A stretch of DNA of 64,000 nt. It comes from Alphaproteobacteria bacterium. Its GTDB lineage: Bacteria; Pseudomonadota; Alphaproteobacteria; SPJN01. The stretch is from positions 322,178 to 386,177 of the forward strand of contig CBDDKB010000002.1 of NCBI GenBank assembly GCA_965229935.1, in the 5' to 3' direction. A model generated the notes under the pieces. That model did no database searches and was not told the origin of the DNA. It saw only the letters and a list, made by a program, of their open reading frames with translations. Positions 58,379-64,000 of this stretch are shown here, piece by piece. Position 1 is the first letter of the stretch. Every line of letters begins with the position of its first letter. The translations under genes and the position numbers were made by a program.

Positions 58379-60916
58379 ATGAGTAGTTGGCGACTTGCCC
58401 TGAATTATGCGCTGCGTGATTTGCGTCACGGGCTGCGTGGGTTTCGTATATTTCTTGCCGCTTTATTGTTGGGCGTTGCCGCCATTGCGGGCGTCGGCTC
58501 ATTATCCGCTGCTTTGCTTGCGGGGATCAGCGAACAGGGGCAGGCCATTTTGGGCGGAGAGCTTGAGGCACGGTTAAGCTATCGCACCATCAGCGATGAT
58601 GAGCTTACCTTCCTGAAACAGGATGCTGACCGTTTCGGGGTCATCGCCACCATGCGGGCAATGGGCAAGTCCCCGCGCACTGACAAGCGCACACCGATTG
58701 AATTGAAGGCAGTTGATAATGCCTATCCGCTTTATGGCGAGATGCTGCTTGAGGATGGCGGCGCGGCCACGCTGGATGAGGCGATGGGCGTAGATGGTAA
58801 TTGGGGCGCAGTAGTTGACGAGTCGCTGATGATCAGGCTGGGCCTGGAACTTGGTGATATTGTGGCGGTGAACCGCCTGCAGGTTCCTGTCCGCGCTGTC
58901 ATTAAGTTTGAACCCGACCGCGCCGCAGAAGGCTTTTCCGTCGGCCCGCGTGTGATGATCCCGATGGCGGCGCTTGCTGAAACCGGGCTCGTACAGCTTG
59001 GGTCAATGGTGCGCTATCATTACCGTGTTGATTTGGCAGAAGGTGTGAACCCGGATGACAAGGCAGCCCTGGCCCTTGAACAGTTTCCTGAGGCGGGGTG
59101 GCGCATCCAGACCAGCAGCAATGCGGCCCCGGGGCTGAAAGTCTTTGTCCTGCGCACGGCGACCTTTCTGACATTAGTCGGTTTGACGGCATTGATCATT
59201 GGCGGTGTCGGTGTGTCGAACGCGGTGCGCAGTTGGCTTGACCGCCAGCGCGATACGATTGCCACCATGAAATGTATGGGCGCGTCCGGCGGTTTTATCT
59301 TCGCGGTTTATTTGTCTGAGATTTTTGTGATTGCCGGTATCGGTATTGCGGGCGGGCTGGCGTTGGGGGCGCTTGTGCCCATCGGTGCGGGTGCGGCGCT
59401 TGAAGGTGTGTTGCCTGTCCCGGCCAAAATAGGGCTTTATCCGCTGCCATTGATTGCAGCGGCGCTGTACGGATTTCTGATCGCCTTTTTGTTTGCCATT
59501 TGGCCCTTGGCCAAGGCGCGGGATATTCCCGCCGCGCGCCTGTTCCGTGCGCTTGTCTCGCCTGACCGGACATGGCCGCGTTTGCGTTATCAACTGTTGG
59601 CGGCGCTTGCCTTCGCTGCGCTGTTGGCGCTGGCGCTCTTTACGGCTGAGAATATGTTGTTCGCTGCGATGTTTGCGGGCGGTGTGCTTGCCGCCTTTGT
59701 TATCCTGCGCTTGGCAGGGCAGGGGATCACATGGTTGGCACAACGCGCGCCGCGATCAAACAATGTGATCATGCGCTTGGCGGTCAGCAATCTCTATCGG
59801 CCCGGCGCTCCAACGGCGAGCATTGTGCTGTCTATGGGCTTGGGGCTGACATTGTTAAGCACCGTTGCGCTGCTTGAAGGGAATATCAACAGCCAGATCG
59901 CCAATGAAGTGCCTGATACCGCACCATCATTCTTCTTTATTGATATTCAGGCCGGGCAGGTCGATGCGTTTGATGCGTTGGTTGCCGGGGTGCCCGGGAC
60001 CGCTGATCTGACGCGCGTCCCGTCGCTGCGGGGTAAGATTGTGTCGATCAAGGGTGTGCCCGCCGAAGACGCCCCTGTCGCGGCAGAGGCACAGTGGGCC
60101 CTGCGTGGTGATCGTGGCCTGACCTATGCGGCGACGCCGCCTGCAAATTCATCAATCGTGCAGGGTGAGTGGTGGGATGAGGACTGGGAAAGCTATGACG
60201 GCCCGCCCCTTGTGTCTTTTGACGAGGAACTCGCGCTCGGCATGGGTATGCAGATCGGGGACGAGATTACCTTCAATGTGCTGGGACGGAACGTGACCGC
60301 ACAGCTTGCCAATATGCGCCGCATTAACTGGAGCGGTATGGGCATCAATTTTTCTACTGTGTTCCATCCCAAGGTTCTTGTCCGTGCGCCGCACACACAC
60401 CTTGCCACTGTCAGAGCAACTGACGAGGCTGAGGAGGTTTTGTATCGCGAGATGACCGACCGGTTCCCCAATATCACCACCGTCAGGGTGAAGGAGGCGA
60501 TAGCCGCCGCCAACGACCTGCTGCAAAGCCTGTCGATTGCAGTGCGCGCAACCGGGCTGGTCACATTGCTGGCTGGTGTGTTGGTGCTGGGTGGCGCGGT
60601 TGCGGCGGGTCATCAGGCGCGGGTCTATGATGCGGTGATGCTGAAAGTGCTTGGTGCGTCGCGCCGGGATGTGATGGCGGCCTATCTGTTGGAATATGTT
60701 TTGCTGGGAACAGCCACCGCATTGGTTGCCGCTGCCTGCGGGACGATAGGGGCCTTTTTCATTGTGACAGAGGTGATGGATGCGCCATTCCGATTCTTGC
60801 CCGTCACCTTGTTGAGCACGATGGTAGGGGCGATTTTGTTCACCACCTTGTTCGGACTGGGCGCGACCTTGATGGCATTGCGTGTGCCCAGCGCAGGGGT
60901 GCTGCGAACCGCTTGA
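58379..60916 (+). CDS. FtsX-like ABC transporter permease, duplicated (YbbP-like, 845 aa)
   Basis: Two FtsX/MacB-type 4-TM modules, each with a large periplasmic domain. Confidence 0.8.
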   Translation: MSSWRLALNYALRDLRHGLRGFRIFLAALLLGVAAIAGVGSLSAALLAGISEQGQAILGGELEARLSYRTISDDELTFLKQDADRFGVIATMRAMGKSPRTDKRTPIELKAVDNAYPLYGEMLLEDGGAATLDEAMGVDGNWGAVVDESLMIRLGLELGDIVAVNRLQVPVRAVIKFEPDRAAEGFSVGPRVMIPMAALAETGLVQLGSMVRYHYRVDLAEGVNPDDKAALALEQFPEAGWRIQTSSNAAPGLKVFVLRTATFLTLVGLTALIIGGVGVSNAVRSWLDRQRDTIATMKCMGASGGFIFAVYLSEIFVIAGIGIAGGLALGALVPIGAGAALEGVLPVPAKIGLYPLPLIAAALYGFLIAFLFAIWPLAKARDIPAARLFRALVSPDRTWPRLRYQLLAALAFAALLALALFTAENMLFAAMFAGGVLAAFVILRLAGQGITWLAQRAPRSNNVIMRLAVSNLYRPGAPTASIVLSMGLGLTLLSTVALLEGNINSQIANEVPDTAPSFFFIDIQAGQVDAFDALVAGVPGTADLTRVPSLRGKIVSIKGVPAEDAPVAAEAQWALRGDRGLTYAATPPANSSIVQGEWWDEDWESYDGPPLVSFDEELALGMGMQIGDEITFNVLGRNVTAQLANMRRINWSGMGINFSTVFHPKVLVRAPHTHLATVRATDEAEEVLYREMTDRFPNITTVRVKEAIAAANDLLQSLSIAVRATGLVTLLAGVLVLGGAVAAGHQARVYDAVMLKVLGASRRDVMAAYLLEYVLLGTATALVAAACGTIGAFFIVTEVMDAPFRFLPVTLLSTMVGAILFTTLFGLGATLMALRVPSAGVLRTA

Positions 60917-61082
60917 TTTTGTTTCTAAAATTATATCTGCAACACCGGATGACAATTCTGTTATTCCGGCCCGGATTTGCTTGAAAAGCAGGGAAACTGC
61001 ACCCATATTAAGGCCAAGGATGGCCTTCCATGCGGGAGGGCCAACCCTTTGTGATGGATGACATGACCTTATGGAGGAATGA

Positions 61083-61817
61083 ATGTCTGATCTTGAGATG
61101 ATGCGTGCGCGCCAGCGGGCGATTGAGGCGGATGCCGTCGCTGCCCAAACAGGCGAGATGGACCAAGGTCTGCGCGCTTATATGCTCAACGTATATAATT
61201 ACATGACCATCGGCTTGGCGTTGACAGGTGCGGTGGCGTTTGGTGTTGCCCAATCACCCGCCTTGCTTGAGTTGATTTTTACAACGCCGCTGCAATGGGT
61301 GCTGATCTTTGGCACATTGGGCATGGTGTTCTTTTTTGCGGCCAAGGTTCACACGCTGAAACCGGCAACAGCACAGGCAATCTTCTGGGCCTATGCGGCG
61401 CTGAACGGCGTGACCCTATCGTCGCTGTTTGTGATCTATACCGGGGAAAGCCTGACGCGGGTCTTTTTGATCACCGCGATCATGTTCGGCTCGCTCAGCA
61501 TTTATGGCTATACGACCAAGCGTGACCTTAGCGGCTTTGGCAAATTCCTGTTCATGGGCCTGATCGGCCTTGTGGTTGCCATGGTGGTGAATATCTTCGT
61601 TGCCTCAACCATGTTGCAGTTGGGCGTGTCCATGATCGGTGTGCTGATCTTTGCCGGTTTGACGGTCTATGACACACAGATGATCAAGTCGGAATATTGG
61701 TATCATGCCAATGCCGAAGATGCACAGCGCGGCGCAATCCGTGGCGCCTTGCACCTTTACCTCGACTTCATCAACATGTTCTTGATGTTGGTCCAGCTGT
61801 TTGCTCAGCGCGATTAA
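61083..61817 (+). CDS. Bax inhibitor-1/YccA family membrane protein
   Basis: 7 TM, N-terminal LRAYMLNVYNYMTIGLALTG typical of the BI-1/YccA family. Confidence 0.8.
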   Translation: MSDLEMMRARQRAIEADAVAAQTGEMDQGLRAYMLNVYNYMTIGLALTGAVAFGVAQSPALLELIFTTPLQWVLIFGTLGMVFFFAAKVHTLKPATAQAIFWAYAALNGVTLSSLFVIYTGESLTRVFLITAIMFGSLSIYGYTTKRDLSGFGKFLFMGLIGLVVAMVVNIFVASTMLQLGVSMIGVLIFAGLTVYDTQMIKSEYWYHANAEDAQRGAIRGALHLYLDFINMFLMLVQLFAQRD

Positions 61818-61841
61818 AGTTTAGCTACAGACTAAAAAACG

Positions 61842-61875
61842 AACCCCGCTTCGGTTGAGGCGGGGTTTTGTTTTG
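61842..61875 (+). terminator. rho-independent terminator after the BI-1 gene
   Basis: AACCCCGC-ttcggttgag-GCGGGGTT followed by TTGTTTTG. Confidence 0.7.
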
Positions 61876-61903
61876 CCAATTCGCTACGCAGGTAGATTAA
61901 GAT

Positions 61904-62308
61904 TTACCCATCAATCAGCTTAAGCGCCTTGCGTTCCAGTACTTTCAAAGTTTGGGCAAGGTCATGACCTCGCCGCAACACTTGGCCTGATTGTCCCAGC
62001 ACAACATATTGCCCCTGTTTGCGGGCAAGCTTGGGGTGTTTTTCAATCCGATAGAGCGGCTGTTCGCTGGCGCGTTGATGAATGGCAAAGCAAGCCATAT
62101 CCGCATCATTGCCAATGGCATAATCGCGCCATTCCCCGGCAGCGACCATCACGCCATAAAGGCGCAATATGATGTCGAGTTCCTGCCGGGTGAAGAAGGT
62201 TTGCCGGGGCGTCCGGTCCTTATCCCGCAAATAGCCATTACCGACCTTGCGAATGGTGTGATCCGCCCCGCGCGAATCGCTGTTTGAAAGCGATACGATT
62301 TTGTTCAT
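61904..62308 (-). CDS. conserved alphaproteobacterial protein of unknown function (DUF2794-like)
   Basis: 134 aa with FTRQELDIILRLYGVMVAAGEWRDYAI core. The family assignment is from memory. Confidence 0.4.
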   Translation of the reverse strand: MNKIVSLSNSDSRGADHTIRKVGNGYLRDKDRTPRQTFFTRQELDIILRLYGVMVAAGEWRDYAIGNDADMACFAIHQRASEQPLYRIEKHPKLARKQGQYVVLGQSGQVLRRGHDLAQTLKVLERKALKLIDG

Positions 62309-62350
62309 AGCCGAATTGTGACCTTTCCGCCGCTTGAGCGCAAGTCCGCT

Positions 62351-62959
62351 CTATAGCCGTGCTGTGACGGGGTGGCTGGTGGTGCGGGCAGGGGGCGTTT
62401 CAACCCCTGAAAAACCGCAACTTTCCAACAGTTTGACGGTTTGGGCCTGCTCCGCCCCTGATTTGCTTATGGGGTTGGGCAGCCAATCTGGCGGGCGCTT
62501 GTCATGATCGCGCAATAACAAGGTAAGTGTGCCGCCGGGTTTCATTGCGCGCTTGATCTCGTTCAGGCAATGGGCGGGGTCTGCCCAAAACTGAAAGGAA
62601 TGAAGCGCCACCACATGGTCGAATGCGCCATCGGGCCAGTTGAGGTGATCGGCTGTCCCGATGCGTAGATCCGCATTTGCCAGCCCCTTCTGCGCCTTGG
62701 CCCGCGCTACCATGGTGTCTGCCGGATCAATCCCGGCAAGGGTCAGCGTCGGCTCATGCTCATTAAGAAGTGACAAAAGCTTTCCTGTGCCGAAACCGAT
62801 TTCCAGCACCGCCTGATGGGACTGCGGTGTCATTAGATCAATCGCGTGGTGATAGTCTGTCCGGTTCATGCGTTCCATGATGGACCCGAACAAACGCCCC
62901 ATCAGCCCTTGCGGGCGCATGGGTAAAGGTGCCTTTTTGGGCGTGTTGGAATTGGTCAC
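62351..62959 (-). CDS. class I SAM-dependent methyltransferase
   Basis: Motif I VLEIGFGTGKLLSLL. Confidence 0.75.
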   Translation of the reverse strand: MTNSNTPKKAPLPMRPQGLMGRLFGSIMERMNRTDYHHAIDLMTPQSHQAVLEIGFGTGKLLSLLNEHEPTLTLAGIDPADTMVARAKAQKGLANADLRIGTADHLNWPDGAFDHVVALHSFQFWADPAHCLNEIKRAMKPGGTLTLLLRDHDKRPPDWLPNPISKSGAEQAQTVKLLESCGFSGVETPPARTTSHPVTARL

Positions 62960-63159
62960 GTGATGTGCCCCCTATGCTTTACTGCCAGCCCCATTAGCAT
63001 CCGTTCCTTAAACTGATATGGGCGTGGAATAAGCGTTAACAAGAGGAGACAATAAAAAACGGCCTGCCGAATCATTCGGCAGGCCGCAAGTTTGATCTGT
63101 CTTGTTGGTGTGTGCCTATGTACGGGAGGGGCCCGACATAAAAACAGGCGGGAAACCTA

Positions 63160-63543
63160 TTAAAGGCAAAGCGCCATCATCAACAGACCGAAATGGCCGA
63201 CACCCCAGACCAGGGTGCGAAGTCCGATAATGCCTGATGCATAGGCGGGGACGTATAAGATGCGTGCAATCAAAAAGACCAGGGCGCCAGTCATAGCTTG
63301 ATCAGGAATGTCGCCATTCACCTGATGCAAAATGGCCAACGGCAGGAACAGCAATAGTGCTTCGATCATATTGTTTTTTGCCCGTTCTAGACGCGCATTG
63401 ATCGGGCTGCAGTCGGACAGGCTATCACGGCCACCCAAACCATCGGCGAAAGAACTGGTGCCCATGGGACCAAAGCGGGTCAGGGTGCCGGAAAATAGTT
63501 GGACAACGAACAATATCATTGCGGCGTAAATATAAGTGAGCAT
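63160..63543 (-). CDS. MAPEG family membrane protein
   Basis: About 127 aa and 3-4 TM from MLTYIYAAM (ATG 63543, SD GGGGAA). The ORF track extends through the intergenic region to 63666. Confidence 0.6.
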   Translation of the reverse strand: MLTYIYAAMILFVVQLFSGTLTRFGPMGTSSFADGLGGRDSLSDCSPINARLERAKNNMIEALLLFLPLAILHQVNGDIPDQAMTGALVFLIARILYVPAYASGIIGLRTLVWGVGHFGLLMMALCL

Positions 63544-63561
63544 GTGGTTGTTCCCCATTTG

Positions 63562-63579
63562 ACATACATTGATGTATGT
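63562..63579. promoter_or_regulatory. 18-bp palindrome ACATACATtgATGTATGT followed by (TGTA)3, in the 51-bp MAPEG/TetR divergent intergenic region; candidate TetR operator
   Basis: Perfect 8-bp inverted-repeat arms read in the sequence. Confidence 0.4.
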
Positions 63580-63594
63580 ATGTATATTGCCGCA

Positions 63595-64000
63595 ATGGAA
63601 AATTGTCAAGAACAAGAATTGCCTGCCCCGAAAACACAGGCACAGCGGACCGAGGCGATGAAACATCGCCTGATCGAAGCGGCGGTGTCGTCACTTGTTG
63701 ATCAGGGCTATGCGCGCACCACTGCGGTTGAGGTTTGTCGCCGCGCAGGGGTCACGCGGGGGGCGCTGCTTCATCATTATGACGGGGTGCCGGATTTGCT
63801 TGCAGATGCGTTGAGCGCGCAATTTGATGGCCTGTTTCAGGCCTTTGCGTCATTGCCAGAAAATGCCCGCCTGGCAGATTGGCTGCAGGCCTTTTGGGTG
63901 AGCATTCAGTCACCCAAATTCAAGGCAGTGCTGGAGATTTGGTTGGCCGCCCGCAATGACCCTGATGCAACGGCGCCATTGCAACATGTCATGGACCAGA
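63595..64000 (+). CDS. TetR family transcriptional regulator (5' partial, runs off window end)
   Basis: Not in the ORF track (no stop in window). Frame from ATG 63595 is open to the window end. HTH TTAVEVCRRAGVTRGALLHHY. Confidence 0.7.
   Translation, partial: MENCQEQELPAPKTQAQRTEAMKHRLIEAAVSSLVDQGYARTTAVEVCRRAGVTRGALLHHYDGVPDLLADALSAQFDGLFQAFASLPENARLADWLQAFWVSIQSPKFKAVLEIWLAARNDPDATAPLQHVMDQ

Overview
High-GC (about 58 %) chromosomal segment with alphaproteobacterial gene content and synteny (IalB, TlpA next to argH, DUF3426 zinc-ribbon next to ftsEX, TIGR02186 plus TauE, Lhr-core/PdeM). It is densely packed with core-metabolism genes on both strands: pyrD, nrdJ, ftsEX, lysA and argH, tlpA, a fatty-acid/beta-oxidation-like block (hbd, etfAB, acyl-CoA dehydrogenase, thiolase, NMO), gluQ, argG, maeB, rlmN, a FATP-like acyl-CoA synthetase, cobB, LMW-PTP, thpR, and tesA with a YbbA/YbbP-like ABC pair. 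I found no rRNA, tRNA, CRISPR array, transposase or integrase. The standout anomaly is an AT-rich islet of roughly 0.9 kb at about 49.41-50.37 kb. It sits between two convergent core genes, is bracketed by 33/34-bp direct repeats that are themselves terminator hairpins, and carries one orphan gene for a 3-TM protein with atypical codon usage and its own TTGACA promoter. Other observations: a 43-aa lipoprotein gene missing from the ORF track, coupled between argH and lysA; two TetR divergons with palindromic operators; a Lhr-core/PdeM ligase-associated pair without ligase or exonuclease; tandem YdcF and PlsC paralog pairs downstream of ftsEX; a palindrome-rich 404-bp intergenic region upstream of a quinone oxidoreductase; an 11-bp tandem repeat; and several intrinsic terminators. 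Many ORF-track starts are upstream alternative starts (TTG/GTG); I re-called starts where a conserved N-terminus was recognisable. Coordinates derived from the ORF track by codon arithmetic are reliable; coordinates of short motifs were read by eye and may be off by 1-2 nt.
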